Shown piece by piece: positions 26,101 to 39,468 of a DNA stretch of 64,000 nucleotides. The notes beneath the pieces were generated by a model, which saw nothing but the letters and a program-made list of their open reading frames with translations, did no database searches and was not told where the DNA came from. Made by a program: the position numbers and the translations under genes. Source of the stretch: Squalus acanthias (lineage: Eukaryota); contig CM059432.1 of assembly GCA_030390025.1 (NCBI GenBank), positions 67,954,001 through 68,018,000 on the forward strand. Direction: 5' to 3'. Numbering within the stretch: the stretch's first letter is position 1; each line of letters opens with the position of its first letter.

Positions 26101-27983
26101 CGAAGTTATCCACCTTGGGTGCAGGAACGGGAGGGCAAATTATTATTTAAATGGCAATAAATTGGGAGAGGGGGAAGTACAGAGAGACCTGGGTGTTCTT
26201 GTACACCAGTCACTGAAGGCGAGCATGCAGGTGCAACAGGCGGTCAAGAAGGCAAACGGTATGCTGGCCTTCATAGCAAGAGGGTTGGAATACAGGAACA
26301 GGGATACCTTGCTGCAGCTGTACAGGGCACTGGTGAGACCACACCTCGAGTACTGTGTACAGTTTTGGTCGCCTCATCTGAGGAAAGATGTTCTTGCCAT
26401 GGAGGGGGTGCAGCGGCGATTCACCAGGCTGATACCAGGAATGGCGGGATTGACCTATGAGGAGAGACTATGTAGTTTAGGGATGTACACACTGGAGTTT
26501 AGAAGATTGAGAGGGGACCTCATAGAAGTGTATAAAATTCTGACAGGTCTAGACAGATTAGATGCAGAAGGAATGTTTCCCTTGGCGGGTGAGAACAGAA
26601 CTAGAGGACATAATTTAAGGATAAGGGCTAAACCATTTAGGACAGAAATGAGGGGGAATTTCTTCACTCAGAGAGTGGTGAACCTGTGGAACTCATTGCC
26701 ACAGAGGGCAGTGTACGCCAGCTCATTAAATATATTTAAGAGGGAATTAGATATATTTCTACAGGCAAAAGGGGTTAAGGGTTACGGAGAGAAGGCGGGG
26801 ACGGGATACTGAATTGAAGGATCAGCCATGATCTCATTAAATGGCGGAGCGGGCTCGAGGGGCCGGATGGCCTACTCCTGCTCCTATCTTCTATGTATCT
26901 ATGTAGATGATTGCGGTCTATCTTCGCATGTCATGGCTTACCTGAAGAACTTGCTTCTGACAATGGACCTCAGTTCCGTTCTGCTCTATTCCAAGAGTTC
27001 ATGAAATGGAACGGTATCAAACATACTCTCATTCCACCGTATCATCCAGCTTCAAACAGAGCAGCCAAAAGGTCAGTCAGAATAGTGAAAGAAGCTCTCA
27101 AAAAGCAAGTGTTACAGGGTTTTTCGGGACTCAGCATGAAGCAACATTTGGTAAATTTCTTGCTGAAGTACAGAACTGCTCCGCACACTACAACTGGACA
27201 TACCCCAGCAGAACTCTTGATGAAGAAGCGATTGAGAACACGATTGAATCTTGTTCAACTGAATTTGGCCTCAAGTGTTGAACAGAAACAGTTGAGAGTC
27301 AGAAACGTTACTATGACACCAATCAGAAAGAGCGCAGTTTCAAACAAAACAAATGTGTTGGTGTTCTCAGTCCCCCTGGCAAGCCAAGTTCACACAAGTG
27401 GGATGTAGGAACCATAGTAGAGGTTGGTGGAACCAAGAGATATTTGGTTGAAATTGGTGACAAAATCCGATTTGTTCATGTAGATCAAATGATCTCTGCT
27501 AGAGATGAACCAAGACATGATCGTGAACCACTTGATCATGAACATATACATGAGTTTGACTCAGTTCAGACTTCAGTTACTGAAGTACCAGGTTCAAACA
27601 AGTCTGAGATAGAAACAGGATCATCTTTGAGTTTGGAACCAAAACAAATCAGCCCGAAAATTGGTTCAACACCAAAACCTTCTGTAAGGAGATCAGGAAG
27701 GCTCCGCAAACCAGTTATTAAACTGGATTTGTAGTTCATTTAAAAGAAAAAAAGCCAGGAGTTTTTGTTATGTGGTACATGTAATTCTGGGAAAGTTGGG
27801 ACCATAGTTTTGTTGTATTTGAGAGGGGAATGCATACTTTTTTTTAAGGGGGAAAGCAGTGTAATGTATTATCACATGGTTTGGTATGAGCATGCTCAGT
27901 TTGCTCTGGCCTAATAAACAACCACATGGACTAGCAACTCATCGTGTCTCTGTCCATCATTTGTTCTACCCAAGTATATTACA
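23135..27983 (+). mobile_element. Gypsy/Ty3 LTR retrotransposon (Mag-like), internally deleted
   Basis: LTRs 23135-23259 and 27860-27983 (TG..CA); 5-bp TSD GTCTC; PBS TGGCGATGAGGATGGGAT at 23263-23280 (tRNA-Ser type); polypurine tract 27846-27859; gag with two CCHC knuckles; integrase HHCC and core; protease, RT and RNase H absent. Confidence 0.95.
25021..26904 (+). mobile_element. Young 5'-truncated CR1 LINE inserted in the Gypsy integrase
   Basis: Uninterrupted 573-aa ORF (25091-26812) with a full RT domain; tail TTCTATGTATCTATGT; the integrase reads TTTER | VD..LRSIFACHGLPEE across it. Confidence 0.95.
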
Positions 27984-29529
27984 GTCTCCGACCGCAATTT
28001 TTGACCCATTGTAGTTCTATGTCAAGTAAATTAAAATTAGGACTACATTTTCTAAAATAAGACCAAAATTTGAGATAGAAGCTAAAGTCAAAATTTAAAT
28101 AATTTCTCAAACTAAAGTAACTCTGATGTTGGAGGCTATTCAATCCCACCCCTTTACAGGCTGACTCTGTCACTCTGCTAGCATATTGCACAGAGACATA
28201 TGCAACCAGCTCACTGCTACATATATCCCTGTGCCTTCTCAAAGTGTAGAGGCTTGCACAAGACACGACATTTGTTGTGGTGTTGTATATTGTTCTAAAT
28301 ACATTTTTTAAATGTAAAAATAGGCAATATTTCATTGGACCCCAAACAAAACTGCAGTTAACAATTTTGTTACTTTTAATATTTATGATTTAATTTTCAG
28401 CTAGAAAACTAGGCTGTTTAGCATAATCTGTATTTTGTGTGTTTTTAAAGTATGAACAGTTTAGTTACAGATCATAGATATGATTTAAAGAATAGCATGG
28501 CTATTGTGCTTTGAAGCAACTGTGGGTAGAGCTTTTTTTTCTTTCAAGATCTTATTTTTTACATTTCTAATACTTGCCTTTTGTGGGGAAAATATGATTA
28601 CACTCTTCTCAAAACAGTGTTAGATTTAAATAAGTTTATTTTTTAATTATAGAATACACAGATTAAAGCCAACAGCCATTTTGCTTCTGGAGGGCAACGA
28701 TGGTGTTAAATATGATCCTCAGTTTGGCTTCTGTACTCATTAGCTTGGGGTTGGAGATATTAGAAATGTCAAACTGTTTTAAGTAATTTTGACATTTGCT
28801 GCTAATAAGCACAATAAACAGGTCAGAACCTCTGTTATGTAAAATAGAAAACCTACATGGTGCATTAAAAATAACAAGCTGCTTTCAACTACTACTCATG
28901 AGCTCTGTATGTGAAGGAGACTTTAGAAGAAAGCACTTTTATTATTTTAGCTGAATATAGCCGTATTTGCAATGGGCATATTCAGCTTTAAGGGAAACAT
29001 ACTGCTTTTATGATTCATTCCCATTAAATGTTAACAGAATTCTATACTCTCATCAGTCATCCATGTTCAAGTACCAGAGTGATTTATTGAATTGGAATCA
29101 AACTGATTCAGTGACTTGAACATTAAAGGCTCATTTTAGTAAACCAGAGCAATAAAACCCAGAGATATTCTGAAGAAAAATTATTGACAAAGTATTCGTC
29201 ATTATCTGTCCTCAAATATGAGATTTATCTCATATTAGATATAGACCGGAATTTTCTGGGGTCTGTGCGGGCGCGATTGGAGGCGGGTCGGGTGGGAAAT
29301 TTGAAATATCTTATAGCGGGTCGGGAACCCACCGTCATCCTGCCCCCCCCCCATGCGCCTTTCCCTCGGGCGTGTTTGCCAGCACGGCAGCGACCCGAAC
29401 AGCAGAGGCGGGTGAGCTAATTTAAAATCATTATGAGGTATTTGCCAGACCCTTTTTCACCCTACCTTTCAAATTTCCCTCTATAAGCACGGGAATCATG
29501 CAACTCGGGAACCACATCTGTGTACCTGA

Positions 29530-29966
29530 AACATAGAAACATAGAAACATAGAAACTAGGAGCAGGAGTAGGCCATTCGGCCCGTCGAGCCTGCTCCACC
29601 ATTCAATACGATCATGGCTGATCATCCAAATCCAGTACCCTGTCCCTGCTTTAATCCCCACAGTACACATATCCCACCCTACCCCCGTAACCCCACGTAT
29701 TTAATTCCCCCTAACATATCCCACCCTATCCACATAACCCCACATATTTAATACCCCCCTAACACTAAGGGTCAATTTATCATAGCCAAATCAACCTAAC
29801 CCGCACATTTTTGGACTGTGGGAGGAAACCGGAGCACCCGGAGAAAACCCACGCAGACACGGGGAGAATGTGCAAACTCCACACAGACAGTCACCCGAGG
29901 CTCAGATTCGAACCCGGGTCCCTGGCGCTGTGAGGCACCAGTGCTAACCAGTATGCCACCGTGTTG
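29530..29966 (-). mobile_element. HE1-like V-SINE with CR1-derived tail
   Basis: tRNA head (B box GGTTCGAATC); V domain GTGGAGTTTGCACATTCTCCCCGTGTCTGCGTGGGTTT; CR1 tail ending (TTTCTATG)n; CCTGA direct repeats. Confidence 0.88.
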
Positions 29967-30604
29967 CCTGAGGCGGAAGCTGAGTGGCCATTGATCCAGC
30001 TCATTACTGCACAGCATGAAAAGTATAATGAAAAGTCCCACCTCACAGCTGATCACTTTCCTAAGGCAGATGTTGTTGCTGACTGCATTCCCAGCACAGA
30101 TTTAGCTTTCTAGAGGTTACAAGTGTTTCCAGCAAAGTTGGAATTCACTGTCACCTCATTGGTAGAACCTATCACACCATTGACAGATTGCTTCTCTCAT
30201 CTCTACTTGACCTGCCATCTATTTCATCAGCATGGATGCCGTTTATACTGTCTCACCTTAGTCCTCAGAATCGGACCACAATGAGCCCCAACACCAGCAG
30301 CACCAGGCACGCCAGCAGCACCAACAACAACACCACCAACCTTCTCCTCAACCACTTGATGCTGCACAGCGCAGAGGGCATCAGCGCAGGGCTGCACTGT
30401 GAGAGCGCTTTGAGAGGAGCCCCCACTTGCATGTCCCCTCTCACCATCATCCCTGTCCTGGGTCACCCGCACTTCCCTGCAAGCAAGGAGCTGGAGAGCA
30501 CCTTGCTGCACAGCACTGGGGTCATGAGGACCCACTTCTACGTTAACATCCCTTCTAGAGAGGAGGTCTATGAGCCTCTGCCATCTATTCTCCATAGAGA
30601 GCAT

Positions 30605-30875
30605 GGGCTGGATTTTGAATGACCCGTGGAGTCGGGTTTGGAGGCATGTGGGGGGTTAAATTTGCGGGGTCGGGGGTCCCGACCCCATCCCGACTCCATC
30701 CCGCCTCCACGCAATTTTGACAAAATTAGTTCATGGGTTCCCACATGCTGGAACTCAATTGCCCAATTAAGTGAAAATTGCATCATTCATCCACATTAAT
30801 CTAGAGTCGGGGGCTGGGGAAACACGAAATGCGGATGACACGACCCCAACCCGACCCCAAGACAAAATCCAGCCC
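30605..30875. mobile_element. Harbinger-type MITE (271 bp)
   Basis: Perfect 13-bp TIR GGGCTGGATTTTG / CAAAATCCAGCCC; 3-bp TSD CAT. Confidence 0.92.
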
Positions 30876-32674
30876 CATGTGCTCCTGTGAGTGGCGCATT
30901 AGCTGCTCCATGCAGGTGGCCATCCTATCCATGGAAGTCGCCATCGCCTGCGACATGGTGGTGCTCATGTTGGAGGTGGACTCCTCCATTCTCTGGATAT
31001 TTGCAGACATCGCTGTCGCAAAACGGTCAAAGCCTCCTGCACTTCTTGCTGCACCTCCAGGAACACCCTCTTTCTAGATGGCTCCCGAGGCTCAGCGTCT
31101 GCATGCAGCTGAGCAGAGCTGGGAGTGTCCTGCGCCCTCCGGCGAGGAGTCTCCACTGTTGTCCCTGTCTCCACCATCTGCTCTTGCTCACTTGTGAAGT
31201 GTGAGACACCAGGTGACAACACTACTCTATCTCGCGTGGCACCCACCGAGGTGTGCGTCTCTGCGCTGGTGCTGGTTGTGCTTATGTATGGTGACGGTGC
31301 GCCCTCAGAGGCTGGAGGCAGCCTCTGTGGAGTCATCTTCCTCTTCCTCCTGGACAGTGGTGGTGGGGAGGGGTGGGTGGGGGGAGCTCTTGATGGACCT
31401 GTGGGAAAGTAAAGAGATGAGTTAGATATGTCATATGAAGAATGGGTACAGATACCATTATGCACATGATGAACATTCACTGGCTGCTGACATCAGTCCC
31501 CATATGAGTGACTGCTGTATGCCATTTAGCTGTATGATATGTAACTCTGTCACCAGGTTGCGGAGATGCCCCCATCTCTCCGTCTCCTACCTCCAGCTGC
31601 TCAGCGACTCCAGAGACTTCCAAGGCAGCCTCCTCTGCTGATGTTAGGGGGCCAATGATGGATGCCCACCTCCGGTTTGCTCCCTCTCCCTCTTATTGTG
31701 GGTTCACTTTTCCTGCAAGGAGGGAAAGAGATGGTTGAGTGAGAGTGATGGAATGAGTGTAAGGAATGAATGGGTTACATCTGTAGAGATGACTATGATG
31801 GAATGGGGTGGCAATGCCAAGTAGCCTCTTTGTGTGTTGTTAGTTCATATGATTGCATTAGGATGAGGGTGAGTGTGAGGGGTGGCTAGTAAGATGGGGA
31901 TGTGATAATGTAGATAGAGAGAGATGGGTGGATGTGCAAGCTATGTTGGTGTGAGTAAGGATGTGCAGGAGCAGGTTTGGGAAGGCAAAGTGATGGGGAT
32001 ATGATGAGAGGCACAGCAGGATGAAGTTGAGTATGGCTTTGCACTCACCTTTCCTGATCGAATGAGATCATTGATACATTTGCGGCAGTCCACCCAGGTC
32101 CTCCTGGCCACATCCCTGCTGTTGACTTCCTCTGCTATTTGGAGCCAGGCTTATTTTGTCTCCTGGGGAGGTCTCTTCTGCTCATTAGAAGGGAAGAGGA
32201 CCTCCCTGCGTGCTCTCACTCCCTCCACAAGCATATGGAGGGAGTCATCGGAGAACCTGGGTGCAGTCCTCTGTCTCATTGCAGTCACGTTTGGCATTCT
32301 TTGTAGCAGTCCAATTGTGCAGTGTGCTGCCTGCACACTCCTAGATGAACCTTCAAATGCAATGTGGCCATGGCTCCTTTAAATATCCCGGCTGAAAACG
32401 CGCCATCAATGATGTCATCAGACCCGCACCATTTAATAGGGCCGGGAAACTCGCACGGCAGCCTTAATAGGCCCCATTAACGGAAAGACGTTCTGAGGAG
32501 TGGCATGATATAAAGAACAGGGTCGCGACATGCCAGGGCGACCACCCGCACCTGACCCACCCAGATACGGAAAATTCTGGCCATAGATGTTGTAATCTTT
32601 TACTGTTTAAAACTATGCATTAATAATAAGTCCTGCAATACCTTATCCAATTTTGAATAAATTTAAGAGGTGAA

Positions 32675-33412
32675 GGGGGCAAAATTCGCCTCCTTTGCGC
32701 CCACCGTTAGCGCCTCTGGGGGGCGCTAACGGGGTGCAAAGGGCTTATCGCCCGGGCGGGAGTACTAATAGAACCTGCCAAGAAATTCAGCGGGGCGCTA
32801 ATGAGGCGCTAACGAGGCCCCCACCGGTAGCGCCCCGGGCTGCTGTGCCGCCGGTGATAACGTCATCACCGAGCGACACGACCCCTTAGCGACCTGCGGC
32901 CGAAATTTGGTTGCGCCCCATGAACCGGGCCTCACACTGCTGGTGAGGCGGTAATTAAAGGGGCGGTCCGGCTGCGCCCTGCGCCGACATTATTTATTTT
33001 GGCCGACCTCCAGGTTGGCCTCTCTTGGCGGCCCTTGGCGTGGTTTGTGGCCGCCATCGCGCCATCCGGCACTGTCTGGCTGCAGGCACAGCACCACGCT
33101 GCCCTGGTGGGATAGTGGAGGTCATCAAATGGCCTGCAGAGTGCGCAGCGACTCTCCCCTTTAACGGAAGGGCAGGGGCGCTGAAACGCGTCAGCGCTAC
33201 ATGGAGCGGCTGCGTAGTGCTCCGGCGCTACCGCGCTTTACGCCCCAGGCACCGCCCCAAGAGGAAGTGGAGCGCCCAAGATAGTGCTCCGCTTCCTCGC
33301 CGGGGTGGTAAGCCCAATTTAGCGGCCGGGGCGATACTCCCGCCCCAGGCGCTAAATGTCTGGCGCTAATTCGGTTACTGCCACCAATGGGGCATATCCG
33401 AATTTAGGCCCC
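32675..33412. mobile_element. CpG-rich MITE with repeated GTTAGCGCC/GGCGCTAAC motifs
   Basis: Ends GGGGGCAAAATTCG / CGAATTTAGGCCCC; 5' part similar to 45238-45962. Confidence 0.75.
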
Positions 33413-33944
33413 GTAGTCCTTTGTATTTGAGAGATAGGACAGGGCATTATGTTTTGCTGTCTCAATGGAACACGTTGCAAAAATGTATTAAAAATTCACC
33501 ATCAATTATTAATAAAACTAATATTTGAACATTGCACATTGCGCATTTAAATTGATATGACTATTAATCCAAGTGTAGAAACTTCTTTTGCAAAACTTTT
33601 CTAACATGCAGGCAGATTGATGTATACAATATTGTGAGAATATGATTTTATTTGTGCTATGTTAATGATATCATTTAAAAACAATCAACCCTTAGGGAAT
33701 TTTTAAAGAAACAATAGGAGCAGGAGTAGACCATTTAGCTCCTTGCGCCTGTTTCGCCATTCAATGAGATCATGGCTGATCTGTGACCTAACTCCATATA
33801 CCCATCTTTACCCCATATCTCTTACTACCTTTGATTAACAAAAATCTTTAAATCTCAGATTTAAAATTAATCATTCCCTAAGTGTTGCTTGTTTTTAAAT
33901 GATATCATTAACATAGCACAAATAAAATGATGTTCTCACAAATT

Positions 33945-35117
33945 GCATTTGGTAAAGTGCCACATAATAGGCTTGCTAGCAAAGTTGAAGCCCATGGAAT
34001 AAACGGGACAGTGGCAGCATGGATACAAAATTGGCTAAGTGACAGGAAACAGAGAGTAATGGTGAACGGTTGCTTTTCGGACTGGAGGAAGGTATACAGT
34101 GGTGTTCACCAAGGGTCGGTGTTAGGACCACTACTTTTCTTGATATATATTAATGACTTAGACTTGGGTGTACAGGGCACAATATCAAAATTTGCAGATG
34201 ACACAAAACTTGGAAGTATAGTGAATAGTGAGGAGGATAGTGATAGACTTCAAGAAGACATAGACAGGCTGGTGGAATGGGCGGACACGTGGCAGATGAA
34301 ATTTAATGCAGAAAATTGCAAAGTGATACATTTTGGTAGGAAGAACGAGGAGAGGCAATATAAACTAAAGGGTATAATTCTAAAGCGGGTGCATGAACAG
34401 AAAGACCTAGGGGTATATGTGCACAAATCGTTGAATGTGGCAGGGCAGGCTGAGAAAGTGGTTAAAAAAGCATACGGGATCCTGGGCTTCATAAAAAGAG
34501 GCATAGAGTACAAAAGCAAGGAAGTTATGATGAACCTGTATAAAACACTGGTTCAGGCCTCAATTGGAGTATTGTGTCCAATTCTGGGCACAGCACTTTA
34601 TGAAGGATGTGAAGGCTTTAGAGAGGGTGCAGAAAAGATTTACGAGAATGGTTCCAGGGATGAGGGACTTCAGTTACGTGGATAAACCGGAGAAGCTGGG
34701 GATGTTCTCCTTAGAGCAGGGAAGGTTGAGAGGAGATTTGATAGAAGTGTTCAAAATCATGAGGGGTCTGGACAGAGTAGATAGAGAGAAACTGCTCCCA
34801 TTGGCGGAAGGGTCGAGAACCAGAGGACACAGATTTAAGGTGATTGGCAACAGAACCAAAGGCGACATGAGGAAAAACTTTGTTGCGCTGCGAGTGGTTA
34901 GGATCTGGAATTCACTGCCTGAAAGGGTGGTGGAGGCAGATTCAATTGTGGCTTTCAAAAGAGAATTGGATAAGTACCTGAAGGAAAATATTTGCAGAGC
35001 TACGGGGAAAGGGCGGAGAATGGGACTAGCTGAAGTGCTCTTGCAGAGAGCCGGCACAGGCTCGAAGGGCCGAATGTCCTCCTTCTGTGCTGTAACCATT
35101 CTATGATTCTATGATTG
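33945..35117 (+). mobile_element. CR1 LINE nested antisense in the older CR1
   Basis: AFGKVPH...KFADDTKLG...; tail ATTCTATGATTCTATGATT. Confidence 0.92.
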
Positions 35118-35692
35118 TCACAATTGATCTAGCATCATTTGCTATTTGCGGAAGAGAGTTCTAAACTTCTACCACCCTTTGTGTGTAGAAGTGTTTCCTA
35201 ACTTCACTCCTGAATGGCCTGGCTCTACTTTTTAAACCATGCCCCCTAGTCCTACACTCCCCAACCAATGGAAATAGTTTCTCTCTATCTGCCTTGTCAG
35301 TTCTCCTTAATATCTTAAAAGCTTCGATCAAATCACCCCTTAACCTTCTAAATTCCAGGGAATACTACCCTAGTTTGTATAATCTCTCCTCGTAATTTAA
35401 GCCTTGGAGTCCAGGTATCATTCTGGTAAACCTGCGCTGCACTCCAACCAAGGCCGATATATCCTTCCTAATGTGTGGTGCCTAGAACTGCTCACAGTAC
35501 TCCAGGTGAAGTCTAACTTTTTTGATTATTTTCTCTACCTGTTCATGACATTTTAATGATCCATGTACCTGGACCCCCAAGTCTCTTTGGATCTCCACTG
35601 TTTCTAGCTTTTCACCATTTAGAAAGTACTCTGATCTATACTTTTTAGGCCCAAAGTGGATGACTTCGCATTTGCCTATATTGAAATCCATT

Positions 35693-37402
35693 TACATACG
35701 AACATACGAATTAGGAGCAGGAGTAGGCCACTCGGCCCTTCGAGCCTGCTCCGCCATTCAATAAGATCATGGCTGATCCGATTACTCCACATTCCTGCCT
35801 ACCCCCGATAACTTTTCACCCCCTTGCTTATCAAGAATCTCTCTACCTCTGCCATAAAAATATTCAAAGACTCTGCTTCCACCGCCCTCTGAGGAAGAGA
35901 GTTCCAAAGACTCACGACCCTCTGAGAAAAAATTTCTCCTCATCTCTGTCTTAAATGGGTGACCCCTTATTTTTAAATAGTAACCCCTATTTCTAGATTC
36001 TCCCACAAGAGGAAACATCCTCTCCACATCCACCCTGTCCAGACCCCTCAGAATCTTATATGTTTCAATCAAGTCACCTCTTATTCTTCTAAACTCCAGC
36101 GGATACAAGCCTAGCCTGTCCAACCTTTCCTCATAAGACAACCCTCTCATTCCAGGTATTAGTCTAGTAAACCTTCTCTGAACTGCTTCCAACATATTTA
36201 CATCCTTCCTTAAATAAGGAGACCAATACTGTACACAGTACTACAGATGTGGTCTCACCAATGTCCTGTATAACAGAAGCATAACCTCCCTACTTTTGTA
36301 TTCAATTCCCCTCGCAATAAACGATAACATTCTGTTAGCTTTCCTAATTACTTGCTGTACCTGCATAGTAACCTTTTGCGATTCATGCACTAGAACACCC
36401 AGATCCCTCTGCATCTCAGAGCTCTGCAATCTCTCACCATTTAGATAATATGCTTCTTTTTTATTCTTCCTGCCAAAATGGACAACTTCACATTTTCCCA
36501 CATTATACTCCATTTGCCAGATCTTTGCCCACTCACTTAACTTATCTATATCCCTTTGTAGCCTCCTTATGTCCTCTTCACAATTTACTTTCCTACCTAT
36601 CTTTGTCTCATCAGCAAATTTAGCAACCATACCTTCGGTCCCTTCATCCAAGTCATTTATATAAATTGTAAAAAGTTGAGGCCCCAACACTGATCCCTGT
36701 GGTACACCACTCATTACATCTTGCCAATCAGAAAATGACCCATTTATGCCTACTCTCTGTTTCCTGTTAGCTAGCCAACCTTCTATCCATGCCAATATGT
36801 TACCCCCTACACCATGAGCTTTTATTTTCCACAATAACCTTTGATGTGGCACCTTATCAAATGCCTTCTGGAAATCTAAATACAGTACATACACCGGTTC
36901 CCCTTTATCCACAGCACATGTTACTTCCTCAAAGAACTCCAATAAATTGGTTAAACATGATTTCCCTTGCAGAAAACCATGTTGACTCTGCCTGATTACT
37001 TTGAACTCTTCTAAGTGCCCTGCTATAACATCTTTAATAATAGCTTCTAACATCTTCCCTATGACAGATGTTAAGCTAACTGGCCTGTAGTTTCCTGCTT
37101 TCTGTCTCCCTCCCTTTTTGAATAAAGGAGTTACATTCGCTATTTTCCAATCTAATGGAACCTTCCCCGAATCTAGGGAATTTTGGAAAATTAAAACCAA
37201 TGCATCAACTATCTCACTAACTTCTTTTAAGACCCTAGGATGAAGTCCATCAGGACCCGGGGACTTGTCAGCCCGCAGCTCCAACAATTTGCTCAGTACC
37301 ACTTCCCTGGTGATTATAATTTTCTTGAGTTCCTCCCTCCCTTCCATTTACTGATTTACAGCTATTTCTGGGATGTTACTTGTATCCTCTATAGTGAAGA
37401 CC
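35693..37402 (-). mobile_element. CR1 LINE nested in the older CR1
   Basis: 368-aa RT ORF (36241-37347) plus C-terminus; tail TTCGTATGTTCGTATG. Confidence 0.92.
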
Positions 37403-39468
37403 ACAGTTTTGCTCATTCACTTAATCTATCAATATCTCTTTGTAATTTTATGCTTCCATCTACACTGCCTACAATGCCGCCTATCTTTGTGTCATCAGCA
37501 AATTTGGATATGTGGCTTTCTATCCCATCATCAAAGTCGTTAATAAATATGGTGAATAGTTGAGGCCCCAACACAGATCCCTGCGGGACACCATGAGTCA
37601 CATCCTGATTATTAGAGTACCTGCCCATTATCTATACTCTCTGTCTCCTGCTGCTCAGTCAATTTCCTAACCAGGTCAATAATTTGCCTTCAATTCCATG
37701 GGCTTCAACCTTAGTTAACAGTCTCTTCTGGAAGTCCATATAAATAACATCCATACACATTCCCCTGTCCACTACTTTAGTCACCTCAAAAAATGCAATC
37801 AGATCTGTCAGGCATGACCTACCTTTAGAAATCCATGCTGACTCTCTCTGATCAGCTGAAAACTTTCAAGGTGTTCAGTCACCCTGTCCTTAATTATGGA
37901 CTCTAGTCATTTCCTGGCAACAGGTGTTAGGCTACCTGGTCTATAATTCCCTGGTTTCAATTTCTCACCATTCTTAAACAGAGAATGCACAATTTTCCAA
38001 TCTAAAGGAACAGTTCACGAATCAAGAGAACTTTGGAAGATTATAGTTAGGGCATCTGCAATGTGCTCACCTACTTCCTTTAAAACCCTGGGGTGGAAAC
38101 CATATGGTCCTGGGGATCTGTCACACTTTACTGCCGTTATTTTCTTCATTACTGTTATTTTGCTTACATTAATCTTATCAAGTCCCTGTCCCTGATTCAA
38201 TATTAGTTTCCTTGGGATTTCTGGCCTGCTATCCTCTTCCTCTACTGCAAATACTGATGCAAAGTAATTATTCAACATGTCTGCCATTTCTTTATTATCA
38301 TTGACAATATCACCGATATCAGTTTTTAAGGGGCCTAACATTGCTCCTGTCCACCCTCTTTTTCTTAATGTAATTGTAAAAGATTTTTGCGTTGATTTTG
38401 ATATCCCTTGCAAGTTTCTTTTCATACTTGCTTTTTGTAGTTCTTACTATCTGTTTTGCGACCCTTTGCTTTTCTTTGTATCTTTCCCATTCGCCAGGAT
38501 CTGTGCTATTTTTTGCATTTTTGTATGCTTTTTCTTTTAATTTTATGCTGTCCCCTACCTCTTTAGTTGTCCATGGCCTTTTTTTTTGGCAAGTAGAGCT
38601 TTTGCCCCTTACAGGTATAAACTGGTTCTGTATCACATTAAATTCTTTTTTGAACATCTCCCACTGATCTTCTGTCATTTTACCTACTAACAAATTTGTT
38701 CAGTTTACTGTGGACAGTCTCTGTCTCATCACATTGCAGTCAGCCTTAACTAAATCTGGAATCTTAGTAGCTATTTTGCGTTTCTCCCTTTCAACTACGT
38801 TGAACTCGATCTTGTTATGATCGCTATTGGATAAATGTTCACACACCGTTAGGCTGTTAACTAAATCTGGCTCATTACTCATTATTAAGTCTAATATGGC
38901 ATGCCCCCTTGTTGGTTCTAGGACATATTGGCTGCGAATTTGCCGGCACTCAGAGAGCGGGTTTGGAAGTGGGTTGGTAGCGAAAATCGAAATGATTGAC
39001 GACGGGTTGCGAACCCACCGCCATCCCGCCTCCACGATACTTTGACAAGTGTCAGGTCAGTAAGTCCCGATCTGACCCAACACCAAACGGCGGGAGAGGC
39101 AGTTAAGGCAGTTAACAGCTTGATAACTGCCTTGCTAATCTTATTTTAACTGCCTGTTGCGGTTTTGCAGCTTTTTCTGCGTGTTGCCCGTCGTCAGACA
39201 AACACGCCAGCTGCATTGTGCCGGGATTAGCAAGGACCTGAATTTTTAGCAGCTGCTCGAACAGCTTAAAACAGTCCTACAACATCTCTGAGTTTCAGAT
39301 GTCACAACTTAGGGCTTTGAGGTTTTGGGACACATTTTGCAGCTCCACTAATCTTGTGAGTGTTCGAGCTGAAATCCATCTGCAGTGTGACCTCCTTGGA
39401 AAACCCTCTGGCCATTTTGGCTGAGCGCAAACAACCTCTATTCCTCGACTGAGATATATACCAGCGGT

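Larger units (their letters stand above)
22420..28007. mobile_element. MITE-like element (~730 bp) split by the Gypsy insertion
   Basis: Imperfect TIRs TGCCCGGATTTTGCAGTCGG / CCGACCGCAATTTTTGACCC with ATT on both flanks; subterminal GAGTATGCC / GGCATACTC. Confidence 0.6.
29244..32582 (-). mobile_element. Harbinger deletion derivative (three Myb-gene exons on -, transposase stub on +)
   Basis: TIRs GACCGGAATTTTC / GAAAATTCTGGCC; 3-bp TSD ATA; RTAPRFSDDSL exon near 32050-32280; contains a SINE and a MITE. Confidence 0.85.

Noticed and set aside
25091..26812. 573-aa intact ORF as a domesticated host RT gene
   Set aside because: It is a 5'-truncated CR1 ORF2 with its repeat tail, inserted in a Gypsy integrase; youth explains the intact frame.
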